A stretch of DNA of 64,000 nt from an uncultured Rhodospirillaceae bacterium. Its GTDB lineage: Bacteria > Pseudomonadota > Alphaproteobacteria > GCA-2731375. The stretch spans positions 5,835-69,834 of the forward strand of contig CAZPWJ010000011.1 in assembly GCA_964590195.1 (NCBI GenBank), in the 5' to 3' direction. The translations under genes were made by a program, and so were the position numbers. The stretch's first letter is position 1. Each line of letters starts with the position of its first letter. Below the pieces are notes generated by a model. The model made no database searches. It worked only from the letters and a program-made list of their open reading frames with translations, and was not told the DNA's origin. Positions 55,623 through 64,000 of the stretch are shown here, piece by piece.

Positions 55623-57146
55623 ATGTCTCCCCCTCCGGCAACGCATGACATGAGCACGGGCAAACGCCTGGCGATTACCGTAACGGTATTGCTGGCCTCG
55701 TCCATGTATGCCCTGGACTGGACCATCGCCGCCGTCGCCCTGCCCCATATGCAAGGAACGTTTTCGGTCACTCAGGATCAGATTTCCTGGGTGCTGACCA
55801 GCTATATCGTGGTCTCGGCGATTGCCTTGCCGACCACCGCCTGGTTGGCGGAAACCCTTGGCCGTAAACAGTTATTTATCATTTCCATGACCGGCTTCAC
55901 GGTTTTTTCCGCCCTTTGCGGCGGCGCGGATTCACTGCCGGCGGAAATCGCCTACCGTCTGGCGCAGGGCGCCTTCGGGGCTTATCTGATACCGCTTTCG
56001 CAATCGCTGCTGCTCGATACCTATCCGCCGGAAAAACATGCCAAGGCGATGGCGATCTGGGGCATCGGCGTGATGCTGGCGCCGGTGGCGGGGCCAACCC
56101 TGGGCGGCTATCTGACCCACGAATATTCCTGGCGCTGGGTTTATTACATCAACATACCCCTTGGCATTATGGGCATATTGGGCGCGATGGCCTTCCTGAC
56201 CGCATCGCCGCGGGCAGAGGAGCGGCGCGGTTTCGACTGGCTGGGCTTTTGTGCGCTGGCCGTTGGTGTCGGCGCCCTGCAGACCATGCTGGATAGGGGC
56301 GAGCGGCTGGATTGGTTCGAATCCGGCGAGATCATGATCGAATTCTCCCTGGTCATCATTGGTCTCTACATATTTTTCGTACAAGGCCTTACCGCCAAAC
56401 AACCCATTGTGAATTTGCGGTTATTCCGCGACCGTAATTATTCGCTTGGGGTGTTTTTCGTCTTTCTCTACGGCCTGTTAAGCCTGGCCCCCCTGGTCAT
56501 GCTGCCACCGTTCCTGCAAGGCCTGCAGGGATATCCCATAACCACGGTCGGTGTCCTGATGGCGCCGAGGGGCATGGGCATGATGGTCGCCATGATGTTT
56601 TTCGGCCGTCTTGGCGACCGCATCGATCCCAGGATCTGGCTGGTCATGGGCTTTATCGGCCTGGGCCTGTCCAGTTTCGCCATGTCGGGCTGGAATTTGC
56701 AGGTCGGCGCCTGGCAAATTGCCTGGACCGGCTGGGTGCAGGGCATGGGGGCTGGATTTGTCATCGCTCCCTTGGGCTTGCTGACCTTTGCCACCCTGGA
56801 TATCAGCCACCGCACCGAGGCTTCCTCGATCTGGAACCTCATTCGCAGCGTCGGCAGCAGCATGGGCCTGGCGATTGCCCTGGTGATCCTGCTGCGGATG
56901 AGCGGTACATCGCGCGCCGGATTGAACGAATTCTTCAATCCTTACAATAAGATACTATGGTCCATGGGAGGCTCCTGGCTGCCCACGCCCGATGCCGCCG
57001 GTCTGCCCCTGGTACAGGCCGAGATCAGCCGCCAGGCCTTGATGATCGGATACGTGGATGTCTTTTTTCTCTCGGCCATTACCTCCGTGGTGGTTATTCC
57101 GGTGGTTTTTTTGATCCGCCGGCCCCAGGCCCCCGGCAGTCATTAA
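55623..57146 (+). CDS. MFS transporter, DHA2 (EmrB/QacA) family
   Basis: 507 aa with about 14 TM segments. LDWTIAAVALPHM and GRLGDR motifs are typical of DHA2. Confidence 0.9.
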   Translation: MSPPPATHDMSTGKRLAITVTVLLASSMYALDWTIAAVALPHMQGTFSVTQDQISWVLTSYIVVSAIALPTTAWLAETLGRKQLFIISMTGFTVFSALCGGADSLPAEIAYRLAQGAFGAYLIPLSQSLLLDTYPPEKHAKAMAIWGIGVMLAPVAGPTLGGYLTHEYSWRWVYYINIPLGIMGILGAMAFLTASPRAEERRGFDWLGFCALAVGVGALQTMLDRGERLDWFESGEIMIEFSLVIIGLYIFFVQGLTAKQPIVNLRLFRDRNYSLGVFFVFLYGLLSLAPLVMLPPFLQGLQGYPITTVGVLMAPRGMGMMVAMMFFGRLGDRIDPRIWLVMGFIGLGLSSFAMSGWNLQVGAWQIAWTGWVQGMGAGFVIAPLGLLTFATLDISHRTEASSIWNLIRSVGSSMGLAIALVILLRMSGTSRAGLNEFFNPYNKILWSMGGSWLPTPDAAGLPLVQAEISRQALMIGYVDVFFLSAITSVVVIPVVFLIRRPQAPGSH

Positions 57147-57248
57147 CGCTTTAGGCAAGGCTGAAAGCGAATGTTAACGATTTCAGGTCACCATGATTAA
57201 AGTTTTCAATGCCAGTGAGGGCATTGGAATGAGGATGGGACATGGCGG

Positions 57249-57770
57249 ATGAGCATGACGGGCCAGACATCAGAACCGGATTCGGTACGGACCTTGGATC
57301 CCCAAGACCGTCTTAAGGCTTTGGTCGCGGATACCAACGTTAATGACGATACCTTTTTGGCGACGGATTATCTCAATCATTTCAACGAGATCGTAATGTT
57401 GTTGGAAATGATCCCCGATATGCCTGACATCCTGGAAGAGGCCAAGGAATGGCAGCCGAAAAGCTATGCCGAGCATTTTATCGACAGCGGCCTGTCCGAT
57501 AGCGAGATCACGATCGAGGCATACGAAAATGCCCCGCCGGAGTTCCGCGAGCCATTTGACGAGACAATTACGCGCATGAATGCCGTGGTTTTCAAAGGTA
57601 TTGCCAATATTGAAGCTGCCCTGGATAGCCCCCGGCCCGAAGAACTTGCCGCCGCCGCGGCAACCGCCAGCCGTCTATTGCAGCGCCTGGTCGATGTCGC
57701 CTCGGCCATTATCCATGGCACCACGCCAAAGCTGGAACAGGACGAAATCGACGAACTGTTGAACCACTAG
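57249..57770 (+). CDS. hypothetical acidic protein
   Basis: 173-aa ORF, strongly acidic (many D/E), with no TM segment or recognised motif. Confidence 0.55.
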   Translation: MSMTGQTSEPDSVRTLDPQDRLKALVADTNVNDDTFLATDYLNHFNEIVMLLEMIPDMPDILEEAKEWQPKSYAEHFIDSGLSDSEITIEAYENAPPEFREPFDETITRMNAVVFKGIANIEAALDSPRPEELAAAAATASRLLQRLVDVASAIIHGTTPKLEQDEIDELLNH

Positions 57771-57781
57771 CTCTCTTCATC

Positions 57782-58507
57782 CTAACGCCCTTTATCGACC
57801 TTCGTCGCCGCCTCAAACAGATTTTCGCCATCCAGCCAACGGCGGGCCGCGTCATCCGTCTGCAACGCAATATGCAGACCGGCATTGAACTCCACGTTCT
57901 CCACGCCATATCCGCTCTCCGCCAAACCGGCGATCAGGCCATAGCCAACGCCGTCCGCCGCCATGCCCTGTAGCCTGACCTGAGGCACCGGTTCCGCCAT
58001 GCGGGTGGCATAGGCGCGCTCGCAGGCGGGCAGATCGACCGAGGCCACCGCCCGACAACTGATGGGCCGCACCTGGTGAATTGCGCAGCTGCGTTCAACC
58101 AGCATGGAACAAGGCAAACGCATGGCCTCGCGCCGGGCCTCGCCGCGGCCCCGGGTCAGATAGTCCATGTTGGCGACCCGGCGTTTGGTCACTTGCAATT
58201 CGGCGGCCGATTGGGTGGCCCGCAGATGGTCAGCGACAAGCAGTATTTCCACTGGACTGGCGGTCAACCGGATATGGCAGCAAAAGGGACAGCCGGCACC
58301 GCAGGCAATGGGTTTTTCCGGCGGCACCAGCGTGTTGACCCGTTCGACCATGCGGTCAAGCCGTCTCAGCGCGGCCCTCGTCATCGCCAACAAGCGCTTG
58401 ACCGTGCGGCTTCCCGTCAGGGCTTTTCCGGTTGCCTTCCGCTGCGCCTCCGCCGCGCGGCCGATCAGGTCCCCCGCTCGTTCGACGCTTGTCCGCTTGG
58501 GCGCCAT
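57782..58507 (-). CDS. YkgJ-family cysteine-cluster protein (CxxCxxCC Zn/Fe-chelating domain)
   Basis: 241 aa. The block ACGAGCPFCCH plus later Cys residues are the UPF0153/YkgJ pattern. Confidence 0.7.
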   Translation of the reverse strand: MAPKRTSVERAGDLIGRAAEAQRKATGKALTGSRTVKRLLAMTRAALRRLDRMVERVNTLVPPEKPIACGAGCPFCCHIRLTASPVEILLVADHLRATQSAAELQVTKRRVANMDYLTRGRGEARREAMRLPCSMLVERSCAIHQVRPISCRAVASVDLPACERAYATRMAEPVPQVRLQGMAADGVGYGLIAGLAESGYGVENVEFNAGLHIALQTDDAARRWLDGENLFEAATKVDKGR

Positions 58508-58519
58508 TCCCCCATCCCG

Positions 58520-58804
58520 CTACAACAGCGCCGAGGCGATTTCGTCCCATTCAGCCTCCAACGAGGCCGTGCATTCCGCTTTCCCGGCCCGGCGGTACCA
58601 ATAGGCGGCGTTGGACAGATCGCCCTCTACCCGGTGCAAATGCGCATGCACCCAAGCCCCGGCGGCATCGTCCTGATCCTGGGCCAGCTTATGGGCTTGA
58701 TCCCACTCCCCCCTGGCGCACCGCCACAAGGCCTGAACCGCCTTGCTCGTGCTCTCGGGCGGCGCCGCATCGCCAAGGGATGCCTTGAATCCGTGCAAAT
58801 CCAT
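58520..58804 (-). CDS. conserved hypothetical small protein
   Basis: I started at ATG 58804, 4 nt after the amidohydrolase stop. It is 94 aa. WVHAHLHRVEGDLSNAAYWYRRAG resembles a widespread proteobacterial small-protein family of unknown function (from memory). Confidence 0.55.
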   Translation of the reverse strand: MDLHGFKASLGDAAPPESTSKAVQALWRCARGEWDQAHKLAQDQDDAAGAWVHAHLHRVEGDLSNAAYWYRRAGKAECTASLEAEWDEIASALL

Positions 58805-58808
58805 GGCC

Positions 58809-60059
58809 TCACCCCGCATCCGTGCCAGGTGCATTGGCCCGATCGATGATGGCGTGCAACAGCACATTGCAGCCGGCGGCGCAATGGTCCTGGGTGGCGC
58901 TTTCAACTTCGTTGTGGGAAATGCCGTCCTTACAGGGCACGAAGATCATGCCGGTCGGGGCCAGGGTCGATATGTGACAGGCATCGTGGCCCGCGCCCGA
59001 GACGATTTGCATGGCATCAAGGCCGGCGGCCTCGGCCCCCGACTGCACGGCCGCGACGCAGTCCGTATCAAAAACGATGGGCGGCTGATACCAGATTTCC
59101 CGGCAGTCCAGTTCCAGCCCTTGCGCGGACGCGGCCTCGGCGCAGGCGGTTTCCAACGCCGCCTTCATGGCCAACAGACTCGCATCGTCGGGGTGACGGA
59201 AATCGACGCTGAAGACGACCCGGCCCGGAATGGTGTTGCGGGAATTTGGGCTGACATCGAACTGCCCGACGGTGGCGCAGGCGCCAGGTTGAAACTCCAA
59301 ACCGATACGGTTCACGGCAGTCACGATCTGCGCCGCGCCGACCAGGGCATCATGCCGGGTTTGCATGGGCGTCGGGCCGGCGTGGGCCTCCTGCCCGACC
59401 AAGGTAACGTCGAACCAGCGTTGCCCTTGCGCGCCCTGGACAATGCCGATGGTTTTGTCGGCGGCCTCCAAGATGGGACCCTGTTCGATGTGCACTTCGA
59501 AAAAGGCGGCCACATCACCCACCGTCGGCGCCCCCTCGCCCAGATAGCCGATGGCATCGAGCTCATCGCGAAAGGTTTTGCCGTCCGCATCCGCCAGAGC
59601 ATAGACCTCATCCAGGTCGAATTTGCCGATAGCCACCCCGGACCCCATCATGGCCGGGGCAAAGCGGCAGCCTTCTTCATTGGTCCAAACCGTGACCTCG
59701 ACCGGCCGTTCGGTTTGATAATTCAGATCGTTCAAGGTGCGGATCACTTCCAGGCCGGACAAGACGCCAAAGACACCGTCATATTTGCCGCCCGTTGGCT
59801 GGGTATCGAGATGACTACCCGTCATCACCGGGGCCAGCGTGTCGTCCTTGCCGGGACGACGGGCATAAATATTGCCGACCGCGTCGACCCGGACGCTACA
59901 GCCCGCTTCGCGGCACCAGCGCACGAACAGGTCCCGGCCCTGGCCATCCAGTTCAGTCAGGGCCTGGCGGTTGACGCCGCCTTTCTCCGTGGCGCCGATT
60001 TGCGCCATCTCCATCAACGAGGCCCATAGGCGGTCGCTGTCTATTGCCAGGTTTTGCAT
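58809..60059 (-). CDS. M20-family Zn-dependent amidohydrolase (N-carbamoyl-L-amino-acid hydrolase / allantoate amidohydrolase type)
   Basis: 416 aa. LWASLMEMAQIG...GGVNRQALT, GSHLDTQPTGGKYDG, SGAGHDA. Confidence 0.9.
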   Translation of the reverse strand: MQNLAIDSDRLWASLMEMAQIGATEKGGVNRQALTELDGQGRDLFVRWCREAGCSVRVDAVGNIYARRPGKDDTLAPVMTGSHLDTQPTGGKYDGVFGVLSGLEVIRTLNDLNYQTERPVEVTVWTNEEGCRFAPAMMGSGVAIGKFDLDEVYALADADGKTFRDELDAIGYLGEGAPTVGDVAAFFEVHIEQGPILEAADKTIGIVQGAQGQRWFDVTLVGQEAHAGPTPMQTRHDALVGAAQIVTAVNRIGLEFQPGACATVGQFDVSPNSRNTIPGRVVFSVDFRHPDDASLLAMKAALETACAEAASAQGLELDCREIWYQPPIVFDTDCVAAVQSGAEAAGLDAMQIVSGAGHDACHISTLAPTGMIFVPCKDGISHNEVESATQDHCAAGCNVLLHAIIDRANAPGTDAG

Positions 60060-60195
60060 TGTCTCACCCCTGCCTGCTGTCCCGTGTTCAGGCTAACGGT
60101 AGAGGAGACGGCTGCCAGGGGAAAGGGTCAATAGTCGGTCGCGCGGCGCGGGGGGACATGAAATAATCCAACCAACGAAATCCAGGAGTGCCGCT

Positions 60196-60990
60196 ATGTC
60201 TTATCAGACCATCACCGTTGCCGATCACGACACCCACGTCGCCATAACCCTGAACCGGCCGGACGCCCTGAACAGCATTTCACCGGACATGATCGATGAT
60301 TTGAACGCGGCCATAGATGCGATCACGGACCGCCGCCAGCTTTGCGCCCTGTCCATCACCGGCAATGGCCGGGCCTTTTGCGCCGGCGCCGATCTGAAGG
60401 CCGCGCAAGGCCGCATGGCGGGCGCGGACGCGGCCACGGTCAACAGCGCCTTTCTCGATGCCTTGCGGCGCATTCTGTTGCGTATCGAAACATTTCCTAC
60501 CCCGGTGATCGCGGCGGTCAATGGCCTGGCGCTGGCAGGCGGTCTGGAACTGGTCATGGCCTGCGATCTGGTGATCGCGGTGGAAAGCGCCAAGTTCGGC
60601 GATGCCCATGCCAATTACGGCCTTGTTCCGGGCGGTGGCAATTCCGTCCGCCTGCCGCGCAAGATCGGACCGACCCGGGCCAAACAACTGATCTATACCG
60701 GCGAATTCCTGCCCGCCCGGCAGATGATGGAATGGGGCATGGTCAACCACGTGGTCGCCGACGGCAGCCTGGCCGATGGCCTAGCGGAACTGATCGCCAA
60801 GCTGGCAAATAAAAGCCCGATCGGCCTGCGCCGGATGAAACGCATGGTCGACGACAGCCAGGAGCAATCCCTTGAAGCGGCGCTGCGTTATGAATTGGCA
60901 TTGAATGCCCAGCATGCCGCCTCGGAAGACCGCATCGAAGGCCTGGCGGCTTTCAATGAAAAAAGGCCGCCGCGCTTCAAGGGTATCTAG
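60196..60990 (+). CDS. enoyl-CoA hydratase/isomerase (crotonase) family protein
   Basis: 264 aa. FCAGADLK and AAVNGLALAGGLELVMACD are crotonase-fold blocks. Confidence 0.9.
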   Translation: MSYQTITVADHDTHVAITLNRPDALNSISPDMIDDLNAAIDAITDRRQLCALSITGNGRAFCAGADLKAAQGRMAGADAATVNSAFLDALRRILLRIETFPTPVIAAVNGLALAGGLELVMACDLVIAVESAKFGDAHANYGLVPGGGNSVRLPRKIGPTRAKQLIYTGEFLPARQMMEWGMVNHVVADGSLADGLAELIAKLANKSPIGLRRMKRMVDDSQEQSLEAALRYELALNAQHAASEDRIEGLAAFNEKRPPRFKGI

Positions 60991-60997
60991 CGCGGTT

Positions 60998-62608
60998 TCA
61001 CGCCTCGTTATCCAGGGCCTGGCGAATGGCCGCCGCGAAGGTGTCGTGGCTGTAGGGTTTACGCAAAATGTCGTTCACCAAAATATCTGAATAATCGCGT
61101 TGGCTTTTGGCAATCCGTTCATTCAGTTCCACGAAGCCCGTCGTCATCAATATCTTGAGAGCCGGATAATTCTGGCGCGCCGCGGCCGCGACCTGATAGC
61201 CATCTAACTTACCGGGCATGACGACGTCGCAGAACAGCAGGTCGATATCCTGACTTTGCTGCAGGATTTCCAGGGCTTGGCCGCCATTGGACGCGGTCAG
61301 TGTCGTGTAGCCAAGCTTTTCCAAAAAGGCACTGCCAATATCGCGAAGTTCTTCCTCGTCATCGACGATCAGGACCGTCTCGGTCCCGCCCGGTGTCTCG
61401 GACGGATCCATTGCCGCCGCTTCGACATCCACTGCTTCCGATAGGGAACGCGGCAGATAGATTTGAAATTCCGCCCCGGCACCAGGTTCCGTATGAACCA
61501 TGATGTGGCCGCCAGAACGTTCCACGAAGCCGTATACCATGCTGAGGCCAAGGCCGCTGCCGGAGCCGATCTCCTTGGTTGTGAAAAATGGCTCGAATAT
61601 CTTTTCCTTTACCGCCTCCGTCATCCCCGCTCCGGTATCGCTCACCGAAACCACCACGAAGTCGCCGGATATGGCCGCTGTTTCGGTCTCGGGAGATGTT
61701 TTTTCCATAACCTTGTTGATGGTTCTGATAGTCAGCGTGCCGCCGCCGGGCATGGCATCACGGGCATTGAGGGACAAATTGAGGATTGTGTTCTCAAAAT
61801 CGCCATGATCGATCTCAACCGGCCATAAATCATCGGCCAGATCAGTAATCACCGTGACAGAAGCCGTCAGGGACTTGGCGACTAAGTCCTGCATTTGCAT
61901 AAGGATGCCGTTCACCAGTGTCGCGGAGGCATTGCTTCCTTCCTGGCGCGAGAATTCCAGTAGTTTCTTGGTGATGTCGGCGCCGCGCCTGGTTCCCTTA
62001 AGCGCGGCCTCGGTGAACCTGTCAGCCTCCGCGTTGTTCTTCACCCGCATCTTCACAAGCTCCAGATTGCCCGCGATGATACCGAGGATATTGTTAAAAT
62101 CGTGCGCGATGCCGCCCGTCAACTGGCCCACCGCCTCCATTTTCTGGGAACGCAGCAGTTGCTCCTCCAGAACTTTTCGCGTCGATAGATCCTCGACCAC
62201 GACGAAGAAACCCTCGACCGAGCCGTTTGCGTCGAAGTCGGGCACATAAGTGGCTCGAATGTACCGTTCGCCGCCATCCCTATAGGGTGACAAAACTTCG
62301 TATGTGACCGTATCGCCCGCTAAAACGTTTTCAATATGCGGCAGCAAAACCTGATATGCGTCCAGGCCAAGGACCTCGGCCACGTGCCGGTTCTTAATCT
62401 CCTCGCGGCTGCGACCGAACCAATCTTCATAGGCTTTATTGTTGAATTGATAACGCTGCTCTTTATCAACGTATGAAATCAGCAGCGGCAACGCGTCCGT
62501 CAAGTTCCGCAGCCAATCCAAGCTGCGGTCAGCTTGACGCGAACCTGCCTGGTCTTTCCTAGTGCTCTTGGTCAAAATCGTTCCTCGCCAACCTATCCAC
62601 GGTAACAT
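60998..62608 (-). CDS. hybrid sensor histidine kinase / response regulator (PAS-HisKA-HATPase_c-REC)
   Basis: The H-box [11 protein letters not shown] keeps its His. It has N-box LNARDAM, G1 DTGAGM, G2 GSGLGLS, and a receiver LIVDDEEE...[10 protein letters not shown]. The start is uncertain (ATG 62608, or TTG 62671 as in the ORF track). Confidence 0.85.
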   Translation of the reverse strand: MLPWIGWRGTILTKSTRKDQAGSRQADRSLDWLRNLTDALPLLISYVDKEQRYQFNNKAYEDWFGRSREEIKNRHVAEVLGLDAYQVLLPHIENVLAGDTVTYEVLSPYRDGGERYIRATYVPDFDANGSVEGFFVVVEDLSTRKVLEEQLLRSQKMEAVGQLTGGIAHDFNNILGIIAGNLELVKMRVKNNAEADRFTEAALKGTRRGADITKKLLEFSRQEGSNASATLVNGILMQMQDLVAKSLTASVTVITDLADDLWPVEIDHGDFENTILNLSLNARDAMPGGGTLTIRTINKVMEKTSPETETAAISGDFVVVSVSDTGAGMTEAVKEKIFEPFFTTKEIGSGSGLGLSMVYGFVERSGGHIMVHTEPGAGAEFQIYLPRSLSEAVDVEAAAMDPSETPGGTETVLIVDDEEELRDIGSAFLEKLGYTTLTASNGGQALEILQQSQDIDLLFCDVVMPGKLDGYQVAAAARQNYPALKILMTTGFVELNERIAKSQRDYSDILVNDILRKPYSHDTFAAAIRQALDNEA

Positions 62609-62802
62609 CAGACAGGTAAAAAAGCTTTTAATCGTTACACGGTTCGCAAAGAAGCCGCAAACTTTAGCCAACCCAGGCTGGCCAAGGAAGTTTTATTGTT
62701 GCGCCATTAAGCCGCCAGCAGCCAAATAACCACGGCGACGGCATTCCTCGGTTGAATTCGCGGATGCATGGCAGGGCGTCCAGCGCTATTCTAAGCACCG
62801 AC

Positions 62803-63528
62803 ATGGCCAATCATTTACGCACGATCCGAGAAGCGCGGGGGCTTTCCGTTGATCAGCTAGCCCGCCGAGTTGGCGCCTCACGCTCGAAGATTTATAAATT
62901 GGAGAACGGCAGCCAGCGTTTGACCGATCTATGGATCAACCGCCTGGCCGAAGCCTTGGATGCGGCGCCGGCTGATTTCTTGACGACCGGCGGACTGTCG
63001 ATCCCGGTCAGCCTCTATATCTCCGCCGCCTTTTCCGATCTCGCCGATTTTGAACTGCCCCCGCCCCTGGAACAATTGTCCCCGCCCCGGCGCCTGAGCA
63101 AGCCCGAGGATTGTCTGGCCTGCGAAGTGTATGATGACAGTTGCGACGGCATTTACCCACGGGGCAGTCTTGTCATACTGCGTAACCAGCAGCGCCTGCG
63201 CCAACCGCTGAAGCTTGGCGACCGTGTTGTCATACGGCACTATGTGGATACGGTCGCGGACGGTCGGGTGATGGAAATATTATTGGGCCATCTGGACCGC
63301 ACGATGACGGGTGATCTGATATTACAGACCCGGTCAGGCAATCGGCAGCTACCAGGCGCCGTCACCATTCGCCGCCCATCCGAGCCGGAAACCACCTTGC
63401 GCGAGGGCCAGGGCCGATTTCAACATCTTACCGACAACACCCTTGCGGACTATCGGGCCGAGGCCGGCGATCTAGCGGAAATTATCGGAGTTGTCGCCAT
63501 GGTCATTCAGCCGGAAACCGCCGCCTAA
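62803..63528 (+). CDS. XRE-family HTH regulator with C-terminal LexA/CI (S24)-like domain
   Basis: I started at ATG 62803 (MANHLRTIREARGLSVDQLARRVGASRSKIYKLENG, an HTH_XRE pattern). The C-terminal beta-rich part resembles the S24 fold (DDSCDGIYPRGSLVIL...GDRVVI). Confidence 0.7.
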   Translation: MANHLRTIREARGLSVDQLARRVGASRSKIYKLENGSQRLTDLWINRLAEALDAAPADFLTTGGLSIPVSLYISAAFSDLADFELPPPLEQLSPPRRLSKPEDCLACEVYDDSCDGIYPRGSLVILRNQQRLRQPLKLGDRVVIRHYVDTVADGRVMEILLGHLDRTMTGDLILQTRSGNRQLPGAVTIRRPSEPETTLREGQGRFQHLTDNTLADYRAEAGDLAEIIGVVAMVIQPETAA

Positions 63529-63588
63529 ATAAAAACATCAAACTTGTTCGAAATAAGTGTTGTTATTCGTCATTTTAAAACCTAAGAT

Positions 63589-63607
63589 TGTCTCCATTAT
63601 GGAGACA
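63589..63607. promoter_or_regulatory. perfect 19-bp palindrome overlapping the start codon of the terminal XRE gene
   Basis: TGTCTCCAT-t-ATGGAGACA has 9-bp arms. The ATG at 63599 lies in the right arm. Confidence 0.5.
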
Positions 63608-64000
63608 CAAGCCACATGGCATTCCGGTGAAGGCGGCCCCGCCGACCAACTGACCGATCGGCTCATAGATCGGCTCACCGACCAACAGATCGACCAATAT
63701 GTAGGCGCCCGCTTACGCTTACGGCGCAAACTGCTTGGGCATAGTCAAAAATATCTGGGCCAAGCCATCGGCCTGACATTTCAGCAAATCCAAAAATACG
63801 AACGCGGCAAAAGCCGCATACCGGCCTCACGTCTTTGGGCCCTGGGACGTGTCATGCGGGTCCCCGTCTCCTATTTCTTTGACGGACTGACCGAAAACGC
63901 CCCGTTCCCCGAGGAACCCTTAGCGGCCTCGGAACTTAAACTCTGCCGAACCTTGCGACGCCTGCCGCGACGGCAACGAAAAACCCTTCATAACCTGATC
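63599..64000 (+). CDS. XRE-family helix-turn-helix transcriptional regulator (3' end beyond the window)
   Basis: This ORF is not in the ORF track because it runs off the window with no stop. My hand translation gives METQATWHSGEGG...VGARLRLRRKLLGHSQKYLGQAIGLTFQQIQKYERGKSRIPASRLWALGRVMRVPVSYFF, a typical alphaproteobacterial Cro/CI-type HTH. The start codon is uncertain. Confidence 0.7.
   Translation, partial: METQATWHSGEGGPADQLTDRLIDRLTDQQIDQYVGARLRLRRKLLGHSQKYLGQAIGLTFQQIQKYERGKSRIPASRLWALGRVMRVPVSYFFDGLTENAPFPEEPLAASELKLCRTLRRLPRRQRKTLHNLI

Noticed and set aside
57207-57226. Hairpin CAATGCC-agtgag-GGCATTG, plus the CGCTTT...AAAGCG hairpin just after the MFS stop, considered as terminators or an sRNA
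   Set aside because: The stems are short (6-7 bp) and lack U-tracts. They are compatible with chance in a 100-nt spacer.
58743-60029. 428-aa plus-strand ORF
   Set aside because: It is antisense to the M20 amidohydrolase gene and is a shadow ORF. The 53146-54180 (-), 19546-20310 (-), 20425-21225 (-) and 18840-19619 (-) ORFs opposite well-supported genes were rejected for the same reason.
63538-63729. 63-aa minus-strand ORF
   Set aside because: It is antisense to the much better supported XRE HTH reading frame that runs from 63599 to the window end.
1-64000. Search by eye for CRISPR arrays, tRNA/rRNA genes, IS elements, integrases, and defence or toxin-antitoxin modules
   Set aside because: I found no regularly spaced direct repeats, no tRNA-like T-arm motifs in the intergenic regions, and no transposase-, recombinase- or nuclease-type ORFs. 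A covariance-model or HMM scan would be needed for certainty.
62803-64000. Two consecutive XRE-type regulators considered as a prophage or ICE boundary
   Set aside because: Within the window there is no integrase, att-like repeat, tRNA target or phage structural gene. The idea can only be tested with sequence beyond 64000.

Overview
This is a high-GC, gene-dense chromosomal segment with about 60 protein-coding genes. The aapJQMP-type general amino-acid transporter and the protein families present suggest an alphaproteobacterium, possibly Rhodospirillales-like; that is inference only. By eye I found no rRNA, tRNA, CRISPR array, transposase, integrase or recognisable defence or toxin-antitoxin genes, so it reads as core or metabolic-accessory chromosome rather than a mobile island.

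Gene content, in order:
- 1-7.3 kb: MFS transporter fragment, two abutting polysaccharide-deacetylase paralogs, VOC protein, GMC oxidoreductase, universal stress protein, SDR and a small Imm-like membrane protein.
- 7.3-12.8 kb: FecR-domain protein, a decayed MBL-fold pseudogene, an EAL phosphodiesterase, a GT87-like membrane protein and an acyl-CoA synthetase.
- 12.8-13.4 kb: an unusually long AT-rich spacer.
- 13.4-22.2 kb: a histidine-kinase-like gene whose H-box His is replaced by Asp, a secreted Sel1-repeat protein, a Na+/H+ antiporter, Nudix hydrolase, cysteine-synthase-like protein, AlaX, SseA and a GNAT.
- 22.2-31.7 kb: aapPMQJ, metC fused in line with modABC, and an acyltransferase.
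- 31.7-42.6 kb: a TetR-flanked ten-gene locus built around DUF993, two Gfo/Idh/MocA dehydrogenases, a TIM-barrel isomerase, an enolase-superfamily protein, an HpcH aldolase and a NitT/TauT-type ABC importer.
- 42.6-57.1 kb: a cluster with a lipoprotein alkyl-sulfatase, Zn-ADH, tandem SDR paralogs, an esterase, two acyl-CoA dehydrogenases and an OYE/FadH-like flavoprotein.
- 57.2-64 kb: an M20 amidohydrolase operon, enoyl-CoA hydratase, a hybrid sensor kinase and two XRE-type regulators.

The best candidates for something undescribed are the DUF993-centred catabolic locus, which has matching GTAAC-N6-GTTAC palindromes on both sides of its TetR gene, and the His-less, G1-degenerate kinase paired with a Sel1 protein. 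I do not see a clear novel defence or mobile system. All functional calls rest on motif recognition by eye and need database confirmation.
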